64,000 bases of DNA. It comes from Bradyrhizobiaceae bacterium. GTDB lineage: Bacteria > Pseudomonadota > Alphaproteobacteria > Rhizobiales > Xanthobacteraceae. Both the position numbers and the translations under genes were made by a program. Shown here one piece after another: positions 49,667-59,853 of this stretch. The stretch lies in NCBI GenBank assembly GCA_020853885.1, contig JADYXZ010000020.1, forward strand, positions 378,707 to 442,706, given 5' to 3'. Position 1 is the first letter of the stretch. Each line of letters begins with the position of its first letter. The notes under the pieces were generated by a model. That model was not told the origin of the DNA, made no database searches, and saw nothing but the letters and a program-made list of their open reading frames with translations.

Positions 49667-50605
49667 ATGAGACCGCCCGCGCTCGTCGCCGATATCGGTG
49701 CAACAACCAGCCGGTTTGCGCTCGTGCGTTCGGATGGCGCACTGGATGTTGTGCGCGCCATCGCCAACGACGAGGCGGAAGACCTGGCCGCAGTCATGCA
49801 CGCGGCGCTGCACGCGAGCGGTGCCGTGCGTCCCACCGTCTGCGTGCTGGCGGTCGCCGGGCCGGTGGAAGGCGATGAGGTCGCGCTCACCAATCGGAAA
49901 TGGTCGTTCTCCCAGCGCGTCTTGCGCAAGGCGCTGAAGCTCACCCGCCTCGTCGTCGTGAACGACTTCGTCGCGGCGGCGCATGCGCTGCCCACGCTGC
50001 GCTCGACGGATCTCGTGAGCGTGGGCGGCGGGCGCAGCGAGCTGCGCGGGACCATGCTCGTGTGCGGGCCGGGCACCGGCTTCGGCGCCGCCACGCTGCA
50101 GCGGCAGAGCGGCAAGCCGCGCGCCATTGCCAGCGAGGCGGGGCACATGCGGCTGGGTGCGGCGACCGCCGACGAGGCGCGGGTGGTGGCGCATCTCGTG
50201 CGCGACGCGGGAGCCGTCACGGTCGAACACCTGCTGTCAGGGCAGGGATTGGTGCGGCTGCACCGCGTGCTGAGCGGGGAGCAGGCGACGACCAGGCAGA
50301 TCATCGAGGCGGCGCGGCTCGGCAAGAACGCGGCCCGGGAAACGGTGCACGCCTTCCTGCGGCTCTATGGGCGCATTGCCGGCGATCTCGCGCTCGCCTT
50401 CGATGCGCGCGGCGGCGTGTTTCTCGCCGGCGGGGTCGGGCGCGTGCTTGCGCCGTTCTATTCATCGTCGCCGTTCCGCGCGGCGTTCGAGGAACATCCG
50501 CCTTACGAAGCACGGCTTGCGGCGATTCCGACGCATGTGATCGTGCACGCGGCGCCGGGTCTGCTCGGGGCCGCGGCGATTGCGCGGACGATCCGGCGCC
50601 GCTGA
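49667..50605 (+). CDS. glk: Glucokinase
   Basis: LVADIGATTSRFAL, VAGPV, VVNDFVAAA, GPGTGFG: Glk-family pattern. The start is at ATG 49667. Confidence 0.8.
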   Translation: MRPPALVADIGATTSRFALVRSDGALDVVRAIANDEAEDLAAVMHAALHASGAVRPTVCVLAVAGPVEGDEVALTNRKWSFSQRVLRKALKLTRLVVVNDFVAAAHALPTLRSTDLVSVGGGRSELRGTMLVCGPGTGFGAATLQRQSGKPRAIASEAGHMRLGAATADEARVVAHLVRDAGAVTVEHLLSGQGLVRLHRVLSGEQATTRQIIEAARLGKNAARETVHAFLRLYGRIAGDLALAFDARGGVFLAGGVGRVLAPFYSSSPFRAAFEEHPPYEARLAAIPTHVIVHAAPGLLGAAAIARTIRRR

Positions 50606-50607
50606 CC

Positions 50608-51159
50608 TCAGAGGCCGAGTTCGGCGAAGGCGTCGGCGTGGTGGCGGGCGGCGTCGTCGCTGAAGCAGCAATAGATCACGTGCGGGACGGCGCGGCTGGC
50701 GCCGGCTTCGGCGAGTACGGTGGACACCGCAAGCCGCGCCGCACGGTCGGCGGGGAAGCGATAGATGCCGGTGGAGATCGCGGGGAACGCGATCGAGCCG
50801 AGGCCGTGTTCGCGGGCGAGCGCGAGCGAAGTGCGGTAGCAGCCGGCAAGGAGATCGTCCTCGCCGCGCGCGCCGCCGCTCCACACCGGGCCGACGGCGT
50901 GGATGACGTGGCGCGCGGGCAAGCGGTAGCCGCGGGTGATCTTCGCCGAGCCGGTCGGGCAGCCGCCGAGTGTCTTGCATTCTTCCAGCAGTTCGGGGCC
51001 GGCGGCGTGGTGGATCGCGCCGTCGACACCGCCGCCGCCCAAGAGCGACGTGTTGGCGGCATTGACGATCGCGTCGACGCGAAGTTGCGTGATGTCGCCG
51101 ACGACAATCTCGAGGCGCGTGCCGTGCGTCTCGGCGAGGGAATGCGGGCGTGGCTGCAT
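50608..51159 (-). CDS. Macro domain protein (O-acetyl-ADP-ribose deacetylase, YmdB-like)
   Basis: [36 protein letters not shown] and [15 protein letters not shown]. Confidence 0.88.
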   Translation of the reverse strand: MQPRPHSLAETHGTRLEIVVGDITQLRVDAIVNAANTSLLGGGGVDGAIHHAAGPELLEECKTLGGCPTGSAKITRGYRLPARHVIHAVGPVWSGGARGEDDLLAGCYRTSLALAREHGLGSIAFPAISTGIYRFPADRAARLAVSTVLAEAGASRAVPHVIYCCFSDDAARHHADAFAELGL

Positions 51160-51192
51160 GCGCGCGATTTTATCCGCCGCGCGCTCCCGTCG

Positions 51193-52239
51193 CTAGGCGA
51201 CCTCTTTCATCGGATCAAGCGTGGCGCGGCGGCCGAGCGCGGCGAAGTTCTTCTTCAGGAAGGCGTCGGCAGCGTCGCGGCCGAGATCGCGCAGATGCAG
51301 AAAGAACGGCCACTCGGTGTTGAACTTCGAGCTGGAGTTGAGGTCCGCGAGTTCCTCGCTGCCGGCGATGCGGTGGAGCCGCAGGCTGTGCTGCCCGCTC
51401 TTGCCGGTCCAGCGGCGGATCATGCCGCCTTCGATCAGGCGGCGGACGAAGCCGATCGCTCGGAATTCGGAAAGGAGCGAGGCATTGAACGTGATCTCGT
51501 TGATGCGGTTCAGGATCTCGCGGGCGGTCTGCGGGGTGCCCGCGCGCTTGATCGGGTTGGTCTGCACGAGGATCACGTCGTCGGTGCTAGTCGCACGGAA
51601 GAACGGATAGAGCGGCGGGTTGCCGACGTAGCCGCCGTCCCAATAGGGCGTGCCGTCGATCTCGACGGCCTGAAAGAGGAACGGGAGACAAGCCGACGCC
51701 ATTACCGCGTCGGCCGTGATCTCCTCGGTGCGGAAAATGCGCGCCTTGCCGGTGCGGACGTTGGTGGCGGAGATGAACAGCTTGAGCTTGCGGCAGGCGC
51801 GGACCGCCTCGAAGTCCACTTCGCGCTCGAGGATCTCGCGCAGCGGATTGATGTTGAACGGATTGAAATCGTAAGGCGACAGGAAGCGGCTGGCGACATC
51901 GAGCGCGAGAAACGCCGGATTGTGATCGAGCGACCAGTTGCCGAGGAAACGATCCATCAGGCTGCGCTGGATCGGGCTCATGCGGCCGTCGCGGGAGACC
52001 GCGCGCCAGAATTTCTGCAGGGCTTCGCGTGCGCCTTCGCTGCCGCCCTGCTCGAAGCCGGACGCGAACACAACCGCGTTCATCGCGCCCGCGCTCGTGC
52101 CGGAGATGCCGTCGAAGGCGAGGCGGTCGTCCTCGAGCAGGCGGTCGAGCACGCCCCAGGTGAAGGCGCCGTGCGCGCCGCCGCCTTGCAGCGCGAGGTT
52201 CACGATCTTCTGCGGGCGGAGGAGCTTGCGGATGACCAT
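51193..52239 (-). CDS. Patatin-like phospholipase family protein
   Basis: Oxyanion GGGAHGAF and nucleophile elbow GTSAGA. The start is at ATG 52239; the longer track ORF overlaps bdhA. Confidence 0.85.
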   Translation of the reverse strand: MVIRKLLRPQKIVNLALQGGGAHGAFTWGVLDRLLEDDRLAFDGISGTSAGAMNAVVFASGFEQGGSEGAREALQKFWRAVSRDGRMSPIQRSLMDRFLGNWSLDHNPAFLALDVASRFLSPYDFNPFNINPLREILEREVDFEAVRACRKLKLFISATNVRTGKARIFRTEEITADAVMASACLPFLFQAVEIDGTPYWDGGYVGNPPLYPFFRATSTDDVILVQTNPIKRAGTPQTAREILNRINEITFNASLLSEFRAIGFVRRLIEGGMIRRWTGKSGQHSLRLHRIAGSEELADLNSSSKFNTEWPFFLHLRDLGRDAADAFLKKNFAALGRRATLDPMKEVA

Positions 52240-52261
52240 TGGCTGCGCGGCGTCTCCTGCA

Positions 52262-53044
52262 TCAGGTGGCGGTCCAGCCGCCGTCGATCGGCAGGCTGGC
52301 GCCGGTGATGGTGGCGGCCGCGTCGCTGCACAGGAACACGGCGAGGCCGCCGATGCTGTCGGGCTTCGTGAAGGCGTGCATCGGCTGCTTTTCCGAGAGG
52401 AGCGCGAGCTTCTCCTCATCGATCGTCTTGTGCGAGGCCGCGGCGCGGGCGACGATCTGCTGCTCAACGAGCGGCGTCAGCACCCAGCCGGGGCAGATGG
52501 CGTTGCAGGTGATGCCCGTATTGGCGGCTTCCAGCGCGACGACCTTCGTGAGTCCGATCACGCCGTGCTTCGACGCCACATAGGCGGCCTTCTGGACGCT
52601 CGCGACCAGTCCGTGCGCGGAGGCGATGTTGATGATGCGGCCCCATTTGCGCGCCTTCATGCCGGGGACGGCGGCGCGGGTCGCGTGGAAGGCGGAGGAA
52701 AGGTTGATCGCGATGACGGCGTTCCACTTCTCGACCGAGAACTCCTCCACCGGCGCGACGTGCTGGATGCCGGCGTTGTTGACGAGCACGTCGAGGGCGC
52801 CGAAGCGCTTCTCCGCTTCGGCGATCATCGCCGCGATTTCGTCGGGCCGGGTCATGTCGGCTGGCGAATAGGCGACCTCGACCTTATGTTCCTTCGCGAT
52901 GCCGGCGCGCAGCGCTTCGATCTCGCCCTTTTCGCCGAATCCGTTCAGGGTGACGTTGGCACCGGCTCCGGCGAGGGCGCGGGCAATGGCCGCCCCGATG
53001 CCGCTCGTGGAGCCGGTGATGAGTGCGCTCTTTCCCTTCAGCAA
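52262..53044 (-). CDS. bdhA: 3-hydroxybutyrate dehydrogenase (SDR)
   Basis: 260 aa with TGSTSGIG and YVASKHGVIGLTK. The TTG start is preceded by a GGAGGA SD. Confidence 0.88.
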   Translation of the reverse strand: MLKGKSALITGSTSGIGAAIARALAGAGANVTLNGFGEKGEIEALRAGIAKEHKVEVAYSPADMTRPDEIAAMIAEAEKRFGALDVLVNNAGIQHVAPVEEFSVEKWNAVIAINLSSAFHATRAAVPGMKARKWGRIINIASAHGLVASVQKAAYVASKHGVIGLTKVVALEAANTGITCNAICPGWVLTPLVEQQIVARAAASHKTIDEEKLALLSEKQPMHAFTKPDSIGGLAVFLCSDAAATITGASLPIDGGWTAT

Positions 53045-53152
53045 GGCCGTCCTCCGTGCGAATCTTTCCGGTGATTGTGCAGCGCAACATAAAGCCCGGG
53101 CGGCGGTTTCTCAAGGGCGATACGAGCGATACAATGTTCGTGGAAAACATCG

Positions 53153-53647
53153 ATGAAATCAGGATTTCCAGCCCCCGGCCATGACCATGCGCAGTGCGTC
53201 GCCGACACGCTGACGCGCGCCGAAGAGGCGTGCGAGGAGAGCGGCCGCCGGCTGACGCCGCTGCGGCGGCGGGTGCTCGAAGCGCTCGCGGAGAGCCATG
53301 CGCCGCTCGGCGCCTACGAGATAGTCGACCGCCTGAAGCAATCGGGCGACCAGGCGCCGGCGATGTCGGTCTATCGCGTGCTCGATTTCCTGGTGTCGGA
53401 AGGGCTCGCGCACCGGATCGAGAGCCGCAATGCCTTTCTCGCCTGCAATCGCGGACACGACACCGAAGGAGTTGTCGTGTTCCTGTTGTGCGAGCGTTGT
53501 GGAACGGTGGCAGAAGTGACGTCGGGCGCGGTCGGCCGCGACCTCGCGCGTGCGGCAGGCGCGGTCGGTTTCGAGACGCGCACGCCGGTGCTGGAGATCA
53601 AGGGCCTGTGCGAGAGCTGCCGCCGCGCCGACGCGTTGAAGCGATGA
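53153..53647 (+). CDS. zur: Fur-family metalloregulator, Zur-like
   Basis: Winged-helix [13 protein letters not shown]...GAYEI, and C-terminal CxxC pairs (CERCG ... CESC). Confidence 0.75.
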   Translation: MKSGFPAPGHDHAQCVADTLTRAEEACEESGRRLTPLRRRVLEALAESHAPLGAYEIVDRLKQSGDQAPAMSVYRVLDFLVSEGLAHRIESRNAFLACNRGHDTEGVVVFLLCERCGTVAEVTSGAVGRDLARAAGAVGFETRTPVLEIKGLCESCRRADALKR

Positions 53648-54912
53648 TGCTGCAAAAGCCCGAAGTGCGTTCAACAAGTCTTGCGCCGCGCCGGCGGTCG
53701 GTGGCGGTGCGCGTCGGCGACGTCACGGTCGGCGGCGATGCGCCGATCGTCGTGCAGTCGATGACGAACACCGACACCGCCGACGTGGAGGCGACGGCGC
53801 GGCAGGTGGCGGCGCTCGCGCGCGCAGGCTCGGAGCTCGTGCGCATCACGGTCGACCGCAACGAAGCGGCCGCCGCAGTGCCGAAAATTAAAGAGCGGCT
53901 CCTGCAGATGGGCGTGAACGTGCCGCTCATCGGCGACTTCCATTACATCGGCCACCAACTGCTCGCCGACCACCCGGCCTGCGCCGAGGCGCTCGACAAG
54001 TATCGGGTCAACCCCGGCAATGTCGGCTTCAAGGAGAAGAAGGACAAGCAGTTCGGCGCAATCGTCGAGACGGCGCTGAAATATGCAAAGCCGATCCGCA
54101 TCGGCGCGAACTGGGGCTCGCTCGACCAGGCGCTACTCACGCAGCTCATGGACGAGAATGCGCGGCTGTCCGAGCCGATGGATGCGCGGGAGGTCACGCG
54201 CGAGGCCATGGTCCTGTCGGCGTTGCTCTCGGCGTCGTTCGCGGAGGACCTCGGCCTGCCGCGCAACCGCATCATCCTTTCCGCGAAGGTTTCCGCCGTG
54301 CAGGACCTGATCGCGGTCTATGACGAGCTTGCGCGGCGCTCGGACTATGCGCTGCACCTCGGCCTCACCGAAGCCGGTATGGGCTCGAAGGGTATCGTCG
54401 CCTCGAGTGCGGCGCTCGGCGTGCTGCTGCAGCGGGGGATCGGCGACACGGTCCGCATTTCGCTCACCCCGGAACCGGGCGGCGACCGGACGCTCGAAGT
54501 GCAGGTGGCGCAGGAGCTTCTGCAGACGATGGGCTTCCGCGCGTTCGTGCCGCTCGTCGCCGCGTGCCCCGGCTGCGGACGGACGACCTCGACCACGTTC
54601 CAGGAGCTTGCGAGCGACGTGCAGGGCTTCATCCGCGCGCGCATGCCGGAATGGAAGAAGCGGTATCCCGGCGTGGAGACGCTGTCGGTCGCGGTGATGG
54701 GCTGCATCGTCAACGGGCCGGGCGAGTCGAAGCACGCCGACATCGGCATTTCGCTGCCCGGCACCGGCGAGCAGCCGACGGCGCCAGTCTTCATCGACGG
54801 CAAGAAGGCGGCGACCTTGCGCGGCCCGACGCTTGCCGCCGATTTCAAGCAGATGGTCGAGGACTACGTGGCGCGGCGCTTCGGCGTGAGCGCGCGGCCC
54901 GCGGCGGAGTGA
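53644..54912 (+). CDS. ispG: 4-hydroxy-3-methylbut-2-en-1-yl diphosphate synthase
   Basis: [25 protein letters not shown] and [11 protein letters not shown] 53644 overlaps the zur stop (ATGA). Confidence 0.95.
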   Translation: MMLQKPEVRSTSLAPRRRSVAVRVGDVTVGGDAPIVVQSMTNTDTADVEATARQVAALARAGSELVRITVDRNEAAAAVPKIKERLLQMGVNVPLIGDFHYIGHQLLADHPACAEALDKYRVNPGNVGFKEKKDKQFGAIVETALKYAKPIRIGANWGSLDQALLTQLMDENARLSEPMDAREVTREAMVLSALLSASFAEDLGLPRNRIILSAKVSAVQDLIAVYDELARRSDYALHLGLTEAGMGSKGIVASSAALGVLLQRGIGDTVRISLTPEPGGDRTLEVQVAQELLQTMGFRAFVPLVAACPGCGRTTSTTFQELASDVQGFIRARMPEWKKRYPGVETLSVAVMGCIVNGPGESKHADIGISLPGTGEQPTAPVFIDGKKAATLRGPTLAADFKQMVEDYVARRFGVSARPAAE

Positions 54913-54915
54913 TCC

Positions 54916-55854
54916 CTATTTTTCACGGGCGGCGACGTAGCGGGCGCATTCGCGCAGCATGTCGGCGCGCGGCCCGAAGGGCGTGAGGGCTGCTTCGGCC
55001 GTACCGATCAGTTCGGCGAGCCGCTTGCGTGCGCCGTCGACGCCCAGTGCCGAAACGAGGGTGGCCTTGCCGCGGCTGGCGTCCTTGGCGGTGGTCTTGC
55101 CGAGGCTTGCGGCATCGCCTTCGGCATCGAGCAGATCGTCGGCAATCTGGAAGGCGAGGCCGAGCGCGCGGGCGTAATCGGCGAGCGCGCTGCGTTCCTG
55201 TTCGCGCGCCCTGCCGAGCATGGCGCCGCCTTCGCACACGGCTGCGAGCAATGCGCCGGTCTTCATCGCCTGTAATTTTTCGATCTCCGCCAGCGAAAGC
55301 GCGAGCGGGCGGCGATCGGCGGCGAAGCGTCCTTCCGCCTCGAGATCGAGCATCTGGCCGCCGGCCATGCCGCCGACGCCGGACGCGCGCGCCAACAGCG
55401 CGATCAGTGCGACGCGCGTTTCGGAATCCGCCTGCAGATTGGCAAGCAGGTCGAAGGCGAGAGTGAGGAGAGAATCGCCCGCAAGGATCGCGGTCGCTTC
55501 GTCGAAGGCAATGTGCGTCGTCGGCCGGCCGCGGCGCAGATCGTCGTCGTCCATCGCCGGCAGGTCGTCGTGGATGAGCGAATAGCAATGCACGCACTCG
55601 AATGCCGCCGCGGCGGGCAATGCTGTGGCCTCGGCTACGCCGAAGAGGGCGGCGGACTCGATGAGCAGGAACGGACGAATGCGCTTGCCGCCGGTCGCGC
55701 CGTGGCGCATGGCCGCAAGCAAACGCGCAGGCCGGCCGATCTCGCCGGGCCTCAGCGCGCCGCCAAGCTCCGCCATCAACGCAGTCTCTGTCGCGGCGGC
55801 GACCGCATCGAGACGGCGCAACAGGGTTTGCGAAGGCGCGGCGACAGGCTTCAT
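54916..55854 (-). CDS. ispA: Polyprenyl (farnesyl/geranylgeranyl) diphosphate synthase
   Basis: First DDxxD region YSLIHDDLPAMDDDDLRRGRPT, and second FQIADDLLD. Confidence 0.85.
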   Translation of the reverse strand: MKPVAAPSQTLLRRLDAVAAATETALMAELGGALRPGEIGRPARLLAAMRHGATGGKRIRPFLLIESAALFGVAEATALPAAAAFECVHCYSLIHDDLPAMDDDDLRRGRPTTHIAFDEATAILAGDSLLTLAFDLLANLQADSETRVALIALLARASGVGGMAGGQMLDLEAEGRFAADRRPLALSLAEIEKLQAMKTGALLAAVCEGGAMLGRAREQERSALADYARALGLAFQIADDLLDAEGDAASLGKTTAKDASRGKATLVSALGVDGARKRLAELIGTAEAALTPFGPRADMLRECARYVAAREK

Positions 55855-55957
55855 CGGGCTACCCGGTTCGCCGCCGCATGCCCGAGCGGGTTCGCCGGGT
55901 CAAGCGGGACAGACCGCCCTATTTTCGCTCCGAAGCGGCCGCAGCTAAGCTTTCCTC

Positions 55958-56641
55958 ATGCTACGGCGGCTCTTCAGGATCGCCGGCTGGATTGCCGGCA
56001 CGATCGCTCTCGCATTCGTCGTGCTGGTCGCGGCCTATTCATTCGTCCCGCCCGTCTCCACCCTGATGGTATGGCGGTGGGCGACGGGCGAGCGCGTGGT
56101 GCGGCAGTGGCGGCCGATTGAAGCGATCTCGCCGAACCTCGTGCGTGCGGTCGTGGTCGGCGAGGATGCGCGTTTCTGCAATCATTCCGGCGTCGACTGG
56201 ATCGAGGTACGGGCGGCAATCGCGGATGCGGACGAGCTCGCGGACGCACGCGGCGCGTCGACCATTGCCATGCAGACGGCGCGCAACCTGTTTCTCTGGC
56301 CGAGCCGGCAGGTGGTGCGGAAGATCATGGAGGTGCCAATTGCTTATGTCCTGACGCTTGCGTGGCCGCAGCGCCGCCTCCTCGAGGTCTATCTCAACAT
56401 CGTGGAGTGGGGCCCGAACGGCGAGTTCGGTGCAGAGGCCGCCGCACGGCGCGCGTTCGGCAGGAGCGCGCGCAACCTCACGCCCTATGAGGCGGCGCTA
56501 CTCGCGAGCTCGCTGCCCAATCCCGTGCGGCGCAACGCCGCCCGGCCGGGGCCCGGCCTGCGGCGGGTCGCGGAACGCAATCTCGCCGGCGTCGCCGCCG
56601 ACGGCGGCAACGCCATCGAATGTCTCGATTTACGGCGTTAA
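55958..56641 (+). CDS. mtgA: Monofunctional biosynthetic peptidoglycan transglycosylase
   Basis: 227 aa. N-terminal TM helix, then the GT51 motifs VVGEDARFCNHSGVDW and RKIMEVPIA. Confidence 0.9.
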   Translation: MLRRLFRIAGWIAGTIALAFVVLVAAYSFVPPVSTLMVWRWATGERVVRQWRPIEAISPNLVRAVVVGEDARFCNHSGVDWIEVRAAIADADELADARGASTIAMQTARNLFLWPSRQVVRKIMEVPIAYVLTLAWPQRRLLEVYLNIVEWGPNGEFGAEAAARRAFGRSARNLTPYEAALLASSLPNPVRRNAARPGPGLRRVAERNLAGVAADGGNAIECLDLRR

Positions 56642-56732
56642 ATCCGGAGTTGGCGCAGGCCGCCGCAATCCTCTATAAGCCCGCCGACCCATCCACATGC
56701 CCGCGCGCGGGCCCGAATTCCGGGAGACGGAA

Positions 56733-56918
56733 ATGGCCGTTCCGAAGCGAAAAACCAGCCCGTCCCGCCGCGGCATGCGCCGCTCGGCGGACGCCCTGAA
56801 GCAGCCGACCTATGTCGAGGACAAGGATTCGGGCGAACTGCGTCGCCCGCACCACATCGACCTGAAAACCGGCAAATATCGCGGCCGGCAGATTTTGAAG
56901 CCCAAGTCCGAGGTGTAA
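56733..56918 (+). CDS. rpmF: 50S ribosomal protein L32
   Basis: [23 protein letters not shown]. Confidence 0.95.
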   Translation: MAVPKRKTSPSRRGMRRSADALKQPTYVEDKDSGELRRPHHIDLKTGKYRGRQILKPKSEV

Positions 56919-56972
56919 GATCGGGCGGCCGGGGAGTTCCGGAGGGCGTCAACGTTCCGCGCGGGGGCTGCC

Positions 56973-57386
56973 ATGCTGGCCAATTTTCCGCTCTTCCTGA
57001 TCTCCTTCGCGATCTACAACATGATCGTGTTCCTCACGCCCGGCGTGGTGTGGAGCGACGTGTTGCTGAACGTGCCGATGCAGTCGGGTGCGGTGTGGGC
57101 GATCACGCTCGGCGACGCGCTGATCGCGCTGTCGCTGATCTTCCTGTTCGTGGAAGTGCTGAAGGCGACGCGCACCACCAACCATTCGGTGTTCGATCAT
57201 CTCCTGTCGACGATCGTGTTCATCGCGGCGCTTGTCGAGTTCCTGCTGGTGCCGCAGGCCGCGACGTCGGTGTTCGCGATCCTGTTGTTGATCGCCCTGA
57301 TCGACGTGCTCGGCGGCTGGTCGGTGTCGTTCCGCGCGGCGCGGCGCGATCTCACCGTTGAGGCCATGCCCGACGCGATGCCCTGA
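56973..57386 (+). CDS. Hypothetical polytopic membrane protein (137 aa)
   Basis: Four hydrophobic segments. I recognise no family. Confidence 0.6.
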   Translation: MLANFPLFLISFAIYNMIVFLTPGVVWSDVLLNVPMQSGAVWAITLGDALIALSLIFLFVEVLKATRTTNHSVFDHLLSTIVFIAALVEFLLVPQAATSVFAILLLIALIDVLGGWSVSFRAARRDLTVEAMPDAMP

Positions 57387-57395
57387 GGGCCTCGC

Positions 57396-57716
57396 TCAGA
57401 GGTCCTGTCCGGCGCGCCTGCGGGCGGCAGCCGGCAATTCGCTCATGGTCCGGTAAAGCTTCGCGGTCGATTGCGGATCCGCGCGCCGGCGGGTGCGCGC
57501 CACCGGCAGATTCTCGGCCCCTGCCACGAGTTGCGCGATGAGCGCCGCCGCCGGCCGCACGCGGTGGACGGACGCCGTGGCGCGACGATCGTGCGGAACC
57601 GGCACAACGGCGGGCAGGGACGGCTTTGCCGCGTTGGCGGCCTCGTGCGCCTCGCCAGCAGCCGTGTCCCGCCGGTGGAGACCTACGCCAGTGCTGAGAC
57701 TTGCAGAAATGCGCAT
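57396..57716 (-). CDS. Hypothetical protein (106 aa), weak call
   Basis: The ORF has G/C-rich third positions and lies between a membrane-protein gene and phaR. I recognise no family. Confidence 0.3.
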   Translation of the reverse strand: MRISASLSTGVGLHRRDTAAGEAHEAANAAKPSLPAVVPVPHDRRATASVHRVRPAAALIAQLVAGAENLPVARTRRRADPQSTAKLYRTMSELPAAARRRAGQDL

Positions 57717-57841
57717 CGCGTCCGTCTCGATTCGGGACAGAGTCCTGTCGATGCCAACAGCAATGCAATTGCTGAGCCGCCCGCACGCGCGGCAGCGCCG
57801 GCCTTAACGATGCTGAAGAATGGCGCGCGAGTAGCGCGGCG

Positions 57842-58411
57842 TCAGTTTTTGTCGCCCGACTTCTCGGTGAGCCGCTCGAGCCGCTTGCTCATCTCCGCGA
57901 CCTGGCGCTTCAGCTCGTCGATGTCCTGCCCGCCCGCGGGCGGCTCGCCAGCGCCTTCCTTCTGCGCGAACGGAAGGAACATGGAGAAGGCGCGCTCGAA
58001 CATTTCCATGTTGCGGCGGACCTGGTCCTCCAGCACGCCGAAGGTGCCGACGCCGAACGTCTTCGTTAATTGCTCGCGATACTTTTCCTGCTCCTTGGTG
58101 AAGGTGTCGATCGACACTTCCAGGTAGCGCGGCAGGAGCATCTGCATGCTGTCGCCATAGAAGCGGATCACCTGCCGCAGGAACGTGATCGGCAGCAGGT
58201 TCTGGCCCTTGTTTTCCTGCTCGAAAATGATCTGCGTCAGCACCGAGCGGGTGATGTCCTCGCCGGTCTTGGCGTCATAGACGACGAAATCCTCGCCTTC
58301 CTTCACCATGACAGCCAGGTCTTCGAGCGTGACGTAGGTGCTCGTACCCGTGTTGTAGAGGCGCCGGTTGGCGTACTTCTTGATCGTGACGGGTTCCTGG
58401 CTCTTGCTCAT
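57842..58411 (-). CDS. phaR: Polyhydroxyalkanoate synthesis repressor PhaR
   Basis: IKKYANRRLYNTGTSTYVTLEDLAVMV...TRSVLTQIIFEQE. Confidence 0.93.
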   Translation of the reverse strand: MSKSQEPVTIKKYANRRLYNTGTSTYVTLEDLAVMVKEGEDFVVYDAKTGEDITRSVLTQIIFEQENKGQNLLPITFLRQVIRFYGDSMQMLLPRYLEVSIDTFTKEQEKYREQLTKTFGVGTFGVLEDQVRRNMEMFERAFSMFLPFAQKEGAGEPPAGGQDIDELKRQVAEMSKRLERLTEKSGDKN

Positions 58412-58612
58412 GGTCTTACGGCAGTTCCCGGTTGTTCTCGTCTTCTCCCCAGCAGGTCAGGACCTTAGGACGTTTCGCGGGTGCGGGCTACCGAATTATG
58501 AAGCCCTGTCATGCCTATGGTGCGTGACCTTTTCATATTGACATCGCATTGCATGCCTAACAACGATGGCCTCGACCACGGCGCCGGACGAGCGCCCGAG
58601 GAGGAGATCCCG

Positions 58613-59788
58613 ATGAAAGACGATGTAGTCATTGTCGGCGCGGCACGCACGCCCGTCGGCGCGTTCAACGGCGCCCTGTCGGCGCTGCCCGCGCATGAAC
58701 TCGGCAAGATCGCGATCGAAGCCGCGCTCGCGCGCGCAGGCATCGAAAACAAGCGCGTGTCGGAAGTCATCATGGGACAAATCCTGACGGCCGGGCAAGG
58801 GCAGAATCCGGCGCGGCAGGCGTCGATCGCCGCCAGCATTCCGGTGGAGATTCCCGCCTGGGGCGTCAACCAATTGTGCGGCTCGGGGCTGCGCGCGGTG
58901 GCGCTCGGCTATCAGGCGCTGCTCAACGGCGACTCCGACATCGTGGTGAGCGGCGGACAGGAATCGATGAGCCAGGCGCCGCACTGCGCGCACCTGCGCA
59001 ACGGCACCAAGATGGGCCCGCTCGAGATGGTCGACAGCATGATCAAGGACGGGCTGTGGGACGCCTTCAACGGTTATCACATGGGCAACACCGCGGAGAA
59101 CGTCGCCAAGCAGTGGCAGATCACGCGGCAGATGCAGGACGAGTTCGCCGTCGCCTCGCAGCAGAAGGCGGAAGCCGCGCAGAAGGCGGGACGCTTCAAG
59201 GACGAGATTACGCCGGTGAAGATCACGACGCGCAAGGGCGAGACCGTCGTGGACACGGACGAATATCCGCGGCACGGCACGACGCTCGACACCGTCGCCA
59301 AGCTGAAGCCGGCGTTCCAGAAGGACGGCACGGTCACGGCGGGCAATGCGTCGGGCATCAACGACGGTGCCGCGGCGGTCGTGCTGATGAAGGCGGCGGA
59401 TGCCGCCAAGGAAGGAAAGAAAGTGCTCGCGCGCATCGTGTCGTGGGCGCAGGCGGGCGTCGATCCGGCGATCATGGGCACCGGGCCGATCCCGGCGTCG
59501 CGCGCGGCGCTGAAGAAGGCCGGCTGGAAGCCCGACGATCTTGATCTCATCGAAGCGAACGAGGCATTCGCCGCGCAGGCGTGCGCGGTGAACAAGGACA
59601 TGGGCTGGGACACGGCCAAGGTGAACGTGAACGGCGGCGCGATCGCGATCGGGCATCCGATCGGCGCATCGGGCGCGCGCGTGCTGGTGACGCTGCTCGC
59701 AGAGATGGAAAAGCGCAACGCCAAGCGGGGTCTCGCCACGCTCTGCATCGGCGGCGGCATGGGAATCGCCATGTGCGTCGAGCGGTAA
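58613..59788 (+). CDS. phaA: Acetyl-CoA acetyltransferase (beta-ketothiolase)
   Basis: [12 protein letters not shown], the active-site NQLCGSGL, and C-terminal [15 protein letters not shown]...CIGGGMG. A strong GAGGAGGAG SD lies upstream. Confidence 0.95.
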   Translation: MKDDVVIVGAARTPVGAFNGALSALPAHELGKIAIEAALARAGIENKRVSEVIMGQILTAGQGQNPARQASIAASIPVEIPAWGVNQLCGSGLRAVALGYQALLNGDSDIVVSGGQESMSQAPHCAHLRNGTKMGPLEMVDSMIKDGLWDAFNGYHMGNTAENVAKQWQITRQMQDEFAVASQQKAEAAQKAGRFKDEITPVKITTRKGETVVDTDEYPRHGTTLDTVAKLKPAFQKDGTVTAGNASGINDGAAAVVLMKAADAAKEGKKVLARIVSWAQAGVDPAIMGTGPIPASRAALKKAGWKPDDLDLIEANEAFAAQACAVNKDMGWDTAKVNVNGGAIAIGHPIGASGARVLVTLLAEMEKRNAKRGLATLCIGGGMGIAMCVER

Positions 59789-59853
59789 GCTCGGTCGTCG
59801 TTTCGGTTGGCCCCGACGCAGAAGGGCCGCCGGTAAGGGGAGGGGAGTAAAGC

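Noticed and set aside
49900-52308. An 802-aa plus-strand ORF spanning the glk 3' half, the macro-domain gene and the patatin gene.
   Set aside because: It runs in an alternative frame or antisense to three recognisable genes, and its product is Arg/Ala/Gly-rich.
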